In this document: positions 14,756-29,069 of the stretch, piece by piece | Position numbering within the stretch: position 1 is the first letter of the stretch | How the letters are laid out: the number at the start of each line of letters is the position of its first letter | Made by a program: the position numbers and the translations under genes | The notes under the pieces: generated by a model | What the model was told of the DNA's origin: nothing | What the model saw: only the letters and a program-made list of their open reading frames with translations | The model's database searches: none | NCBI GenBank assembly: GCA_021613535.1 | Contig: CP075496.1 | Coordinates: 11,656,001 to 11,720,000 of the forward strand | Direction: 5' to 3' | Source: Adineta vaga | Taxonomy: Eukaryota > Animalia > Rotifera | Length of the DNA stretch: 64,000 nt

Positions 14756-16163
14756 ATGGCAGCATATTATACATATAATTTTTTACCACCAATATCATCT
14801 GATTTGGATTCTCTTTTACATGATTTTGAACAAGAATCTGATTATGATTATCAAACTTTTGGATCCGTATGGCAAAAACATAAACTTGAATTTCTCTTCA
14901 AGTATGATATATTTGCTTCTACTTTCGAGATTATATTATAATGACTTTTTTTCATATTTAGAGCTGCAGATATTCAACCAAATTCATTCCGTTTTGTTCG
15001 TATTAATCTTCATTTTATGTTCAAATTAAAGAATAATTTATTTATTTCATTGTAGTTTCTCGATGATTCAATGACAGTAGCTGCTGCATATCTTGGTGAT
15101 CCATGGCGTTTACCAATACAACTAGGTGCACTCTATTGTTTATTTACTATATACATGTATCAAATCGAAGAACCAAAAATTAAAGTAATAATTCTATCAT
15201 ACTTTCAAAAAAAAAGTTAGTCGTTTTTTTTCTTTATACACAGATTCGTTTAACTATTGATACATTTCATTCTTTTCTCAATCAAATTGAATCATCACCA
15301 TCCGTACCTTCCGATGCAAAAACAATCTTATTGAAACTAATTGATGAACATGCATTCGTAATTAGTGCCACAAAACATGAGGTATGCATATTTTCATCAA
15401 TCCTATGAATTGTATCTTTGAACTTCGTTCATTTAGATGGGTCCGCGGTTCTTTACAAAAATGAATTATATGAAATCAGGCAAATATATGCGTTCAGATG
15501 TTTTACTTTCATCACGTTTGAATATCGACGAAAAACTTGTTGAAGTATGATTACCTATGACTTTTTCTACGACATCAATTTATTTTATACGAATTTAGAT
15601 GTGTGAAGAAACGCATAATTTATATACAAAAGCAAAAGATAGTTTAATTGAAGCATTTGGTGGTGCTGATAGTTTACCTCAAGAATTAACATCAATTCGA
15701 TCAAATTTTATTGAACAATTGAAAAAAGGTTTTGATTTAGATAAGGCAGAAGAACAACCAGAAGAAGAAGAAGAAGAAGCAGCAGTAGCAGCAGAACCTG
15801 AAACAACAACGCAGGTACTCATCAAAATTTCTTTAGAAATCAATAAAATTGTTTTGAATGAATTTGTCATTAAATTGTTATATTTAGCGTGGATCATCAA
15901 TTGGTGAAAGTCGAAGTCGAATACGAGCAAAAGCAGAAATGGTTGAACAGTCATCAACATCAACTTCTATTAAAGAAGAATATATTCTATTTGATGACTA
16001 TGATAATGCTGATGATGACGATGGTGATGGTGATGATGATGGTGATGATGATGAATCTAGTCAACTTACGAATAAAAATAATGATAAAAAACGTACTAAT
16101 AAAAAACAAACTACAAAATCTAAAACGACACGTAGTCGTTCAAAAAAAAAACGAAATGAATAA
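14756..16163 (+). CDS. SNAPC1: snRNA-activating protein complex subunit 1 (SNAP43)-like, multi-exon
   Basis: SDLDSLLHDFEQESDYDYQTFGSVWQKHKLEFLF...AAAYLGDPWRLPIQLGALYCLFTIYMYQIEEPKIK-IRL parallels the SNAPC1 N-terminal domain (DCEALLSRF...FTELW...VGALYLLYGLYNTQ..PKQKIR). Acidic then basic tail. Confidence 0.8.
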
Positions 16164-16231
16164 AAATATGTACATAATCTATTCTCTTTTTTTGCTGCTA
16201 TTAATTCTAGATAAAGTTTTTTAAATCAATT

Positions 16232-17378
16232 ATGGCATCAGCACATTCACTACCGCTTATCATGCGTGTACTTTCAGCATCATTGACTTTAGCAAAACGA
16301 GCTGGTCAAATTATACAAGATGTTCAAATGTCTGGTACAAGTCTTGATATTGTTGAAAAAGTAGAGTAGGTTTTTCGTTTATTTTCTTAGTTTTCTTATC
16401 TGATTTTGATCATCTAGGGTCATAATGATCCACAAACGAAAGCTGATCGTGCTTCACAACAATTAATTATTTCATCACTAACAAAACATTTTCCACAATT
16501 AACTATTCGTGGAGAAGAAGTGAAAATCTCTGTATATTATTCTTTCTATCATTCTATTGATTTATTCGTTTACAGAATATTCCACTTGAAAAATCTGCTG
16601 CTAATTCCGATATTGATGAATTAATTGGATGTAATCTTCAGGAAATTTTACAAGCACCATGTCCAACTGAATTTCAAAAATTAGAAGAAAAAGATGTAAG
16701 AAAATCTAAACTTAATTTCGAATTTATGTCATTGTAACTTTATTTACATTAGTTGGTGATATGGGTTGATCCATTAGATGGAACACGAGAATTTACGGAA
16801 GGTCGTCTAGAAGGTGTAACTGTATTAATTGGTTTTGCCACAAAAGGAAATGCGATTGGTGGAATTATTCATCAACCATTTTATACAGATGGCCAACAAC
16901 GTGGACGTAGTGTATGGGGTCTTGTACGTTCAGGCGTTTATGGAAAGTGGCAACCTAATAATTCACCATTACCTGGCCGAATTATTGCAGGAAGTTTATC
17001 TCATCGTTCAAAAACTGTTGTCGATGCTGTTAATGCTTGTCAACCAAGTGAAGTTTTACAAGCAGGTGGTTGTGGATTTAAAGTAAATGATAAATTTCTA
17101 TTAACATAACTATAAATGAATGTTTATTACAGGTTCTATTGGTTCTTGAACGTCGTGTACATGCTTATGTACATGCTTCACGTGGTTGTAGTCTTTGGGA
17201 TACATGTGCACCGGAAGCTATTTTAAAAGCAGCTGGTGGTCAATTAACCGATGTATTTGGCAATAGTATATCTTATTTATCTACTGATCAGACATCAGTA
17301 AAAACTGGTGTTCTAGCAACAATGAGTGATCATGATTGGTATGCGCAACAAATTCGAGAAAAAATTCAAAGTCTATGA
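16232..17378 (+). CDS. BPNT1: 3'(2'),5'-bisphosphate nucleotidase 1 (inositol monophosphatase family)
   Basis: DPQTKADRASQ, IRGEE, VIWVDPLDGTREF, AGGCGFKV and WDTCAPEAILKAAGGQLTD motifs across 5 exons. Confidence 0.92.
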
Positions 17379-18949
17379 ATGAAAAACGAATTGTGTGAGA
17401 ACCTTTTTAGTTTAGACTAATTAACACAGGAATATCTGTATCTATCTATTAGATTTAAAATCTTCTATGTTTCTAGCTGCTAAAAATATCTTCCATTTAA
17501 CTCAATTTGAAAATTAGTTTGTTTTCATGTTTTATGTAATCGATTCATTACTGTTTCACGCATTTTATTTATTTGATAACTTCCAGTACACGAGATATTT
17601 CTTTGATAAAATCATATTGTTCATTGATCACTTCATATTGCACTACGGTTTTTATTATTTTGACTTTTATACATAGGATTCTTATGAAGTATTGATGATT
17701 CATTGATAAAAGTAATTTTATATGAAACGACTCTTTTCTCATCGTTTTGGTCTCGATGTTTTTTGTATCTTGATTGAATCTATAGATATCATAGCAACAG
17801 ATACTAATCAATAAACTTCGTCAATACGATTCGCCTATATTAATAATATCAATCTACTATTGGCGAAAAAAATGATTTGATTATTCTTCTTGCGCTTCCA
17901 ACCAACAACATTGATACACTTTAATACATTATTTCACACATTAATAAGACAAAATAAACCCTTTAGAAATATTTTATGTAATCATAAGAGAAAAGACTTT
18001 GCCATTCTTGTCTTTATTATATTTCAACAAAAATTAGAAGAATATTTTATTCATGAATTCTTTCTTATCTTCTATGAAGATTAAAGTCTTTTTTGAATCT
18101 CACTTTACACTCATCTAAGTAAAAGAAAATCTTTAGCCAATCGATCAAATTTCTAATAGAATATAAATGAAATTTTCAGTATATACACTAATCTTTGCTC
18201 AGAGCATACAATGACGTTAATTTTCCCTCGAAAAATACTTTCATAATCTTCAAACTCTAAAAAAAGAGATAATAACGAATTTTCTCCGTTTTTTTTTGTT
18301 TAATTTTATAAAATCGAAAGTCGGCACTAATTGACAATCTCCGGTCGCATGTTAACTATATACGCTAATCTAAACATCGTTTTAAGATGAATTCATTTTG
18401 TTTGATTTATTAAAATAAAAGTGAACTGTCAATGTTTCTTAAGCTAAGCATAATTAATCCTTTTTCATTTTCATTTAAATGATGCATTGAACTGTTGTTC
18501 CCTGAGGTGTAGTTATTCTTCTACCTTGTTTTTCAATATCTTCATGTGATGATTCAATCAATGGCGTCGACAACTAATCACCTTCTGCTCATCGATTATA
18601 TTCTTTTGAGTACATACATAGACACACACACGTGCTGTTGAAATAATTTGTGTTTCGATCAATTCGAACGAAATGATAAGAAATGGGCGTCAACATTGAG
18701 TAAAGACAAAATCAAATCTTCATTATTGACAAGAATTTTTCTTTCTCGTTCACATATGCAGATTGCTTCTAAATGGTTAGAATGCTTGTCACTTGTCGTC
18801 TGGAGGCAACAGATCAAATAACATCATATAAAGCACTTCGATTACTTGGAAAGGCTCTTTTTTCAGCATACATATACACACATACAGAACAGTGAGAAAG
18901 AGAGAAAAAAATGCGACAAAAAGAAAACGAATAAGTTCAGTTAGATTAA

Positions 18950-20393
18950 TTAAACGGCTGCTTGAGTAGCAAGAGAAGTGGCGAAATCTTGAAATGTTGG
19001 ATAAGAATTTGTTGCTGCTGTTGATGATGATGATGATGTTAATATGGGATTTTGCTCTGAATTTTCATTGCCATTCGCTTGTGCCACTGTTGATTTATTT
19101 TGTGCAACATTATTATTATTGTGAAAAGCGGCTGCTTGGGCGGCTGCATGTGCGGCAGCGACAGCAGCTAATTCATAAAAGTTCGAATGAAGAAATGAAG
19201 CTGCATCGAAACGATGTGGTGCATTCTTAGATGAAATTGATAAGGGAGATGTAGAGGATGATGATGCCGAAGAAAAATCACTGGGTAAGGGTATGGACAT
19301 TGGTAATGGACGTTTAATCATTGAATTATTTGATGATGTTGATGAAGATGTGGGTGGAGGTGGTAGTGGTGGTGGAGCTTGTAAAGATGCAGCGCAAGCA
19401 ACAACTGAACTAATTGATTGACTTGCTTCAACTATTTGACGTTTCAGTCTAATAAAAGGAGACAAAAATGAATTTTTTTCTTTTCTGAAAAAAGTTTTCA
19501 TTAATTCAAATAACATACTTATTTCGTCGATTTTGGAACCAAATCTAGAGAAGAACAAATAATTAATTTAATAGAAAAGTTTTCTTCTTTTTTTTATTCA
19601 TTCGACTTACTTTAACTTGTTGTTCAGTAAGACGAAGACCTTGTGCTAAATTGGCACGATCAGCACTTGATAAATATCGTTTTCGATCGAATGTTGTTTC
19701 CAATTGAAATATTTGTGTACGTGAAAAAACTGTACGTGTCTTCTTTTTTCTATGCATGATTTCATGTAATTCATGATTTCCACTACCATGATGACTATAT
19801 TGATTAATTCCTCCATTATTCTGTGAATATTTATGACTATTATGTCGATGATTCGTATCATTATCTTCGGAACCTGATGCAATATCATCGTCATCAACAT
19901 CACTTGTTGATAAACCTGAACAGTCACTACTACCATCATCGTCATCATCATCAAGATGCGTTAAACGAACATGTTTATTTCCAGTTGGTGGTGATGATGA
20001 TGAATGTTCATCCGATGATAGAGACCCACTATGTTTTCGTTTGTTATTATTTCCATCAATAAGTAATAAATGAATACCTGAATCATTATTACTACCATTT
20101 TCATTTAACGATCGATGATGATTGCCTAAATATTCAAAAAAATAATCAAACTAAGATTTTTTTTTAAATTTTGTTTTACCAATAGGTGTTGAGTGATGAT
20201 GACGTTTGACTTTAAAATTACTACAATTAAATAATGGTTGTTGTTGTTGCTGTTGTTGTTGTTGTTGTTTGTCGAGAATACTATCAATGGAAAAACTTAA
20301 TTTCTTTTGATTGCTTGAATCTTGTTCAACGACAATTGTTTTTGTATTACTGTTCGTCGTTGAATGAAAAGGTAAAACGGCCTGTTCTTCCAT
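18950..20393 (-). CDS. HMX: HMX/NK5-class homeobox transcription factor; exons 20393-20180, 20125-19611, 19544-19519, 19448-18950
   Basis: eh1 motif [10 protein letters not shown]. Homeodomain [60 protein letters not shown]. Confidence 0.88.
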
Positions 20394-22431
20394 TAAATCG
20401 TTTGATTTTGTTGTAAAGAAAAACAAATGTCAATTGATAATCGGTTACTTTCTTTCTCTTCTCGACTTCGAAACTCGTCAGGTAATAAATTATCGAACGA
20501 GTGGATTTTTCTCTTCTAACGGAAATTACACACAAGCATACATGGACTGCCTTACTTTCTTTTCGTACAATTATCTTCCCGCTGTGTATGTGTGTCTCTC
20601 GTTTTCTCTTTTTTTTCTATTTTTCTTTCTCGCTTTCGCCAATCGACAATAAGAACCAATGAAAAAAAACGTCTATGTTCGATAATCGTTTGTCAATCGG
20701 CCAATCAGCGACAATTGCTCGCTCGTCGTTGTCTCTTCGCTAGCTTTTTTTTTATAAATCTTAAAAGAAAGAAAGAGAAGGAGATGATGAAGATGAAGAC
20801 GAGAAAAAAAGAATCTAAAGATGTATGTGAACAACATAAATAGCCAAGTGAAACAAATATGAAAACTGACATTGTCAAATGGAGCAGGAAATGGGCTTGA
20901 TGTGCGTGCTCTTAGCTTCCTAAGGTGATAATCGACTAAATGACGAGTAAAAGAAGAAAGAATGTAAAAGCTCAATTAAATCAATTTGCCGACCTGACTT
21001 CGTCACGCTCACATAAAAAATAATCAACGTTATATTTTTTTTCCCCCTTCGAAAAAAGCAACTATCAAGCAAATATTTTCTTTTTTTGCTATCAATTTAT
21101 CAATCAGTTAAAATCAATTAAACTCATTCGATTTGCACCCATACCATCTGTGTACAATGACAAATTTAAATACAGTATATCTATTCATATTCATTCATTC
21201 ATTCAACGTTTAGCCTATTAATAGTTTTTGCTCTTTCTCTCTCTCTTCTCCTCCTTTTCACATACAAGTCGCATCGGGGCTTCGGTTGTTTTATTTGACG
21301 ATGTTGTGATGCTGTCATTTGATAATGTATAGAGACGGGACGTATCTTTTTCCTCTCCCCCTTCTCTCTCTCTCTCATTCTCATATGTCGATGAAAAAAT
21401 GTGCACTAATCGGATTTGATAAAGCAACTTAGTATATACGCGCGCGAGAAAGAGAATATGAGCGCGCTTCTTCACCTATCGATTGCGCGAATGTCGATCT
21501 ATCTATCTGTGTGTCTGTCTGTCTCAGGGGGACAACGAAAGCTTCACAAAAAAAAGAAATCAGAAGCATGAGCACGCCTGTCATTTGACATTAATAAGGC
21601 GACGAATCCTTCTCTCTCTCTCTTTCTATTTCTCTCTGTGAAAGTGAGACGTGCACATTCATATTTGGATCAAGTCAAATGAGATTCGATAAGGCTCGCT
21701 GAGCAACAGTAGCAAAATGCAATTAGCTCAAATGTCATCTTGTTTAGACTCATCGCATTAATATCGAGATGATAATACGATGGAAAAAAAAGTGGAAAGA
21801 AATATTAAACACAAACTTTCCTTCTTCAGTAATTAAATTAACATGACAATAGGTAGAAAGAACTAGAGTTTTATTAATTGAAAAAAAGAAATGCTTTGAT
21901 ATGTAGCTAATCTTCTTAACATTTCTAGTCATTTTCTTTTCTTTTTCTGTCAATAGAAGTGAAAAAGAAATACACAAATGTATCTTTTTCTTATTTTAAT
22001 TTTATCAAATTTTATTATCATCAAAAGATTTTGTGTCAATCTGATCAGTGTCATTTTCATGTTCATAATAGCGGCATATTCCCCTCAAGCATTCACTCGA
22101 TAACAATTATCAGGTGTACTTATGATGTGTGTAAATACGTGTTTTCTTCAAGACAAAAATAACATTGATCATCAAACGGATGGGAAAGTTCTATGCGTAA
22201 AAACATTCTTCCGACGTATAAGAAAAGAACATTTAAATAAGATATCTCGATGTCGAGACGAGTGTTGTTTTTCGCTTCAATAAAGTAATGATTAAAGACG
22301 ATAATTAGTCTATTTAGATAAGTGATTTTCGTTGTATTTCTTTTTCTCGTGTGACAAAGTAGAAAAAAACATTGGTAATAACCAATCAGAAGTGAAAAAA
22401 AGGAGGAGATTCTAGTAAACAATAGTAACAT

Positions 22432-22457
22432 GCTGAGATGCTGAGATGCTGAGATGC
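22432..22457 (+). repeat. Short tandem repeat (GCTGAGAT)x3
   Basis: gctgagatgctgagatgctgagatgc read directly. Confidence 0.8.
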
Positions 22458-24848
22458 AGATGGTTTTTTGTTCATGAGAAAAGAAAAACTAAGTTAATAG
22501 TTTGAAAAGAATGTATGTCGTGATTATTTTTAAATAAACTTATCAAATCATCGAGGGAATTACAATTGACGTTAGCCTTTTTATCGACATAAAGCTTCTT
22601 TGAACTCGGTGAGTGGTACAATGTTAGCCGGACTTTTGCCTGTCTGACTACCTTGTGTTGTGTGAAAGTGAACATGCAATCTTCAAGCCTAATCAAGTGG
22701 CTAACGTGTATAGAAACAAATTCGGTTTTTCTTTTTTCAATTAATTCCGCTTATCCCCCTCCCACTCACTTATCAATCAAATTTGCTTTTTATGTTTTCA
22801 AAGACGATCGTTAATATATGAACAAAACATCAATGCACACTTTTTTTTACCGTCTGTTCATATGAGTAATTTGAGAAATAGAAGTATGAAAAAAAGCAAA
22901 TAAGTTGTCCTATCATCTAGTACCGGATAGAGTACTCTTCTCTTAATATGTCTAATGAAACTATAAACAATTACCGGTCAGGTTTTCTTCTCTCTTTTTC
23001 AAAAAATAAAATCGAATAAGAAAGCAGCTGTAACAGCAGGAGATCTAATGTTTGATCTCACTTTTGTTTTATTCACTGCGTAACTTAATGCATGATTTTG
23101 AGTTCAGCCCCTCGACATATTGAATGTTTGAAGAAGAAGAACATAGACTAGCCAGTAATTCGAGTATATAACCATCTACATACACCTTTTTCTTTCACGA
23201 GGGCGAATATTTTCTGAATGGTGGTAATGAGGCGAGAGAATGAACACATATATATGTATACATATGTATATAAACCATATCATGGTCTATATCATGATGA
23301 CAACTTTCACTCCCCCTTTTTACTCTTCGTTGTTCACCTATCAATGAAGAGACTATGAACAGCAAATTGAAATATGTGCTCCAGTGAACATTGAGAGAGA
23401 TAGACAACATATTTTTTTGTTTTAATTTTATCCCATATTGATTGAGCACCAATGAGATGATGATTGAACAAATTGAAAGCATCCTAGATTTCAATAGATC
23501 GATTTTGTATGTTTTTTTTCTCGGTCTCAAAAAGATAATATAAACGACTATCGATTTAATAAAAAGGTAGATCATTTATTTTAAATGAGAGGTAACCATG
23601 TGTCATCAACATCCCTCTCTCATTTGCTACATATAATTATATCACTGATTTTCTTGTGTTGATGTCAAGTGATGTTCTTCATGCATGTAATTATAGCTTG
23701 TTATTCCTATTGCTCTTCATTATATTTATATGCATGTTGTTCGTCGAGTTGCTCTTGTTGGCGTCGAATTTTTGTGAGTTTATTAATCGAAGATGAACAT
23801 CCATACGTCGAGAAAAAGAAAAGTTAATTATGACGCCACAATGGAAATCAAATCCAATGAATTGATTATGATAAGCGTCCATGTCAACAACAGAAAAAAA
23901 AAGATTAAATATTTAATCAGAAAAAATAGATTCGTTTGTTCATTTCTTGTCTAATGAAGCATCAGTTTAAGCATAATTGAAAAACTGTTGATGCCACGCT
24001 GATAACAAATGAATGAAGTACATGCGTGACGAAGCCAATCAGATTACCTTCTTTACTAATGTATATATATATATGTATATGTTGTTGTCTAGTCAACTTC
24101 TCACCTTTGAAAGAGAATAAAACTCATGCATCCCTACTTCATGCTTAATAGGAGAATTAAATTGGAAAAAATGATGCACAGCAGAAAACTACACTTAAAT
24201 ACGCTTCGTTGATTTAACAATAAGAAAAGATTCAATTCTTACTCTTTCTTGTCTATCTCAATGAAGATCAAACGTTCGTTTGGATGTTCCTACACTTTCT
24301 TTTTATTTCGTCTATACTAATTTCTACAAAAGAAATGCGGTATTATAAATGTATTGTTGATTCGTGGTTGGTGGTCTGTAAAAATAGACCGAAGGTATAT
24401 ACTTTGTTAATCAAGTTCATATACATATTGATGATTCTATCTTTATAGACGACGATTATCAGATATTATGTCAAAGATTTATTTTGTTGTTAATTCTAAT
24501 GTTTGAATGACATGAAATAAAGTTTATTTTTATTAGATAATGATGAATAATATAACCTTAAGGAGAAGATGACGTACATGAATTTAGATTACATGGCTTC
24601 TTTTAAAAAGTTCAACCGAAAGGAAAAAATATAATATGATGATTATAGAAAAGCGTCTTCATTTAAATTTCATAAATAGTTATTTATTAATTTGAACCAA
24701 TCGAGTTCAAAAGAAGATTGTATATTGCAATTTCGTACTAGAAGAACTTTATCATACACATAAATTAAAATCAATCATTATGATACGTTTATTCAAAAAG
24801 CCAAATTCTTAGTTATTGAAAACTATCGATCAATATATATTTATATAG

Positions 24849-25816
24849 TTATTCTTTCTCTTCGAAATCATCTGTTGGCAATACAGTCGAACGATCAATA
24901 TCATCTTCTGATACATTGGGTAAAATCGTTGTTTTATCTTGAATCCATTTTGGATACATTTTACAAGCATTATATGCTAATTTTGCATAGTATGGAATAC
25001 CAAACTAGAAGAAAAAAAACCTATTGATATATATCAATTTCTTTGATTGATACAAACTTTTGCAGCCCAACTCCAAAGAGCTTTCGGAAAACTACCACAC
25101 GGATCTTCGCAATACAAACAAAGTGCTAAATAAGATAAAAAACAATGATAGTATTATTCTTTTCTAAATAGATCAAAATACATTTCAAACCATGAGCACC
25201 ATCTGAACAAATCAATGTTTGTGTTTGACAAGTTTCAATTCGAACAATTTTTTTTCGTGGTGGTTCATTAGAAAATTGTTCACTACGTGCTAAAACATAA
25301 TAAAAATGTCGACCATTAATATCATATTCTCCATTCTCTTGTACAAATGTATACTAGAATATAAATTTTCATAAAATTATTTGTTAAAAAGAAAAATACT
25401 CTACATCTCTATTGTTCATAAATAATGGTAGAATAACTTGCCAATAGACACCATGTTTATCACCATCGCTGATTATTCGTCCTTCTAAAATCAAATTTTG
25501 ATCAATAGATTGGAAATATATTGAAGATTATTACCTTTAAGATATTTATCCCAAACTAATCGATATTCGATATCAAGTGCTACTTTGTAAGAAACTTCGG
25601 GTGAAAGATCCGAAAAAGTTGAATAACATTTATAATAAAATAAGTTCTATAGAAAGATTTGAGAGATTTTAAAGATTTTAAAGTCTTATAAAATCGAACG
25701 TGATGTAATCGTCTGTAGACAATTAGTCCTGGACTTTGTGAAAATAATTTCCAATCATTCAAATCTGGTTTATCAAATTCTCGAACAAGTTCTTCAATAC
25801 TTAAAGGTGACTCCAT
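24849..25816 (-). CDS. START-domain lipid transfer protein, PCTP/STARD2-STARD7-like, 6 exons
   Basis: Spliced WKLFSQSPGLIVYRR...YYKCYSTFSDLSPEVSYKVALDIEYRLVWDKY...VYWQVILPLFMNNRDYTF...EDPCGSFPKALWSWAAKFGIP matches PCTP-type START motifs. Confidence 0.82.
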
Positions 25817-27071
25817 ATTCGTGTAATGTATGTTTTTTAAATAAATAAATAACAAGAGAAACTTCTTATCTCATTTTGATATTTTCTATTTATTCACATG
25901 ATGTAATGTCAATAGTTAAATTACAAAAACTTTTATTCAAGCAAATATCTATCAAAATCATGAAATGTACTATTAATAGGTATTATTTTCATATTTATTA
26001 ACTTTATAGGAAATATTCATTCATATTTCTTTCACGTATTTATCTATCTCATTTATTTTATAATCATTAAGAAAAAAGAATAGACTGAATGCCTCATTTT
26101 ATATTCATCGAAGTTAATATTTACGTTTTGCATCATTTGATTTCCTTGCAGCAGTATTACTTCTTATCTATCTCTAGTCAACTTTTCTGAAATTTTTATT
26201 TAAAACATGTCAGTTATAATTTTAATAAAAATGACTTTGTTAATGTAGCTAATGTCATTTTTATGACACTTATTGAATTGAGTCCTAAAAGAACTAATGG
26301 AATGCATTTCATGGATGGAACCAAATGACGTTTCACACTATGACTTGTTGTCTTTAGACTTCTTTTTGTATATGTCAGAAATATAATGGTTGGATACTTT
26401 CGTTGCCTAGTTTACCTAATTGAATGGTTCTGAATGATTAAAAATCAGTAGTCTTGCAAGACAATTAAATGTCGGATGTATCAGTTTCTTGCCATTTGAC
26501 ATTGCTCTCCCTTTCTCTCTTTTCTCTTTTACCCTTGATCTCTTTGTGTATACACATCCATACATATATATATGCTAAAACTCTAGAGAGAAACGATTCA
26601 TTTAGTTGACAGAAAAGTGACATTATAAACGCTAATAAAATAACTGACGTTGTTTCGTCCGGTTTTTTTCTTCTTCTATTTTACAAATCAATCAACAGAA
26701 AGGTGAGCAGATTTATTGATTTATATTGACAAAGACAAACTTCACTTCTTCTCTTCTTCTATTCAAAATTCTCGATAAACTTTTTCTCCTTTAAAAGTAT
26801 TTGTTTAAGAAACTAATACATCGAAATTTTATCATTAAATTTTATTTTTCTTTATATATGCTATGTTATGTATACATGTAATAAAATAGATGAAGGGGAA
26901 AAAATGAAATTTAAGAGTGTCAACTCTTTGAAATACGTATAATCGTCATGGTTATTCTTTTTTTTAGAGAAGATCAACGTTTGACACTTATTATTTCTAC
27001 TTGATAAAGTTGAAAAAAGTACGACCTGGGTATCTTTTATTTTCATTATTCAAATTGGATTATCTCTAGAA

Positions 27072-29069
27072 ATGAATTGTCGAAGTAAAGTCGAATTAAA
27101 TGTTTGTCAAGTTGTTTTCTTAACATCTCTATGTCTTATTGCTGTTTTCCTTGCGGTATTTGGTTGGTTTCGTACAATTGAACCGGCAGAATATCTTACA
27201 TCAAAATCACAAGATAAAGTCACGTCAGTTGTTCATACACGTTTACGACCTATGCCATTTCTTGATGATATTGGTTCACCTCCTGTGTTGAATAATCCAG
27301 AACTATATGTACAATGGACATTCCTACAAATGAATGATGTCTATGAAATGATACCACTGAGTGGGGGAAAGAAGGGTGGTCTAGCTCGTGTTGCAACAAT
27401 TCGAAAATTACTTAAACAAGAAAATCCAGATACATTTACCGTTGTATCAGGTGATATTGTCAGTCCATCAGCATTAGGTATGATATTAAAAAAAAGAGAG
27501 AAAAAATCTATTAATATAAATTTCTAGAAACATACCATAGAATGTTTGATTGTCTCAATTATACTCACATCGAGACTTATATATTCTAATACTCTGAGAT
27601 TACTGTAATCATAGTACATACAGGATGTTTGTACTCATTCATAGCATTGTTATCCTAAATACGTTTTACCAGAAGAAATTTACGTCTTAAATAAATACTA
27701 TATGTATAAATACGATATCTTTCGTTGTTTAGGTAATAGTATTGTTAATGGTTCGATGTTAAATGGTAAACAAATGATTGCAACATTTAATGTTCTTGGT
27801 GTTGATTATGCCACTTTAGGCAATCATGAATTTGATTTAAAAGAAACTTCATTACGACGTCGTATAAATGAATCACGTTTTGAATGGATTGCATCAAATG
27901 TTTACGAACGTAATTCAACAAAACCATTTCATAATGTTTTACCTTATAAAATTATAACACTTTCCAATATCAAAATTCTTCTTATTGGATTAACAATTGA
28001 TGATAATTTCGGACCAATACCAACTTCACCCTATGTTGATATAACATCTCAACGAACATTACCTGAATTTACAGCCGATTATATAAAATATCTTCGTCAA
28101 ACTTTACAATTAAAATGGGATGTATTAATCTGTTTAACACATGTAAATATGCAAAATGATATCGAAATTGTTGAACATAATCCAGCTATTGATGTTATAT
28201 TAGGTGGACATGAACATGAAAATTATTATCTAAAACGTGGAACAAAATATGCACCGATTTACAAAGCAGATGATAATGCATTTACAGTGTTTATTCATCG
28301 TTTTGCTTATCAACCACGAACAAAACAATTGATGATATTTTCAAAACTAACTCAAGTATCACCTCGTTTTCCCGATGAACCTGAAACAGCAAAAGTTGCT
28401 ACTTACTTTTATGAAACCGGTTTACAAGCTTATCGTGATCAAGGTAAATAATTATTCTTTGAAATCAATCAATCAATTAATAGAAGAATTCATTTAGTTA
28501 TTGTTTTCTTCTTTGCTTTAGGTTATGTACCTGATCGTATTGTATGTATTTTGCCTGTTGGTTTTAATTTTGATGGTCGTTCAGCAATTATACGTTCTCA
28601 ACAAACACATTTAACACGTGCTTTATGTTATGCAATGATGAATGTAACGAATACTGAAGTTTGTGCATTCAATTCAGGTGCTATTCGTGTTGATGATCAA
28701 TTGATGGGTACCATAACTCAATATGATATCTTACGTTGTTTACCATTTGCTACAAATATAATTACAATACGTATTAATGGTTCATCATTCGTTAAAGTTT
28801 TAAATCGTGGTTTAAGTCAAATCAATACAGGAATGTTTGTTTCCTATGCTGGTTTAGAATATAATACAACATCAGAAAAATGGTATTTAGAATCAACAAA
28901 ACAATTACTTGATGATGATACTTTACAATTAAATGTTGTTTCTATACCATATTTTTATCATAATACAGATTTGAAAGCAGTATCAGAAATTTCAAATACA
29001 TTTTCATCAATGACAAGAGTTTTTATTGATTATCTTCAAAAAAAATATGCAAAAGGACTAAAACATTAA
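27072..29069 (+). CDS. Bacterial-type 5'-nucleotidase/UDP-sugar hydrolase (metallophosphoesterase + 5'-nucleotidase C domain) with N-terminal TM anchor; exons 27072-27477, 27733-28443, 28522-29069
   Basis: QMNDVYE, GGLARVATI, SGDIVSPSALG, LGNHEFD, LTH, ILGGHEH and NSGAIR..D...G.ITQYDILRCLPF motifs. Hydrophobic segment at residues ~11-32. Confidence 0.9.

Noticed and set aside
17569-18084. ORFs of 80 and 64 aa downstream of BPNT1
   Set aside because: Non-ATG starts, no motifs and no coherent splice structure.
20434-23882. Many short ORFs upstream of HMX
   Set aside because: They derive from GA/CT and A/T runs, with no domain signal.
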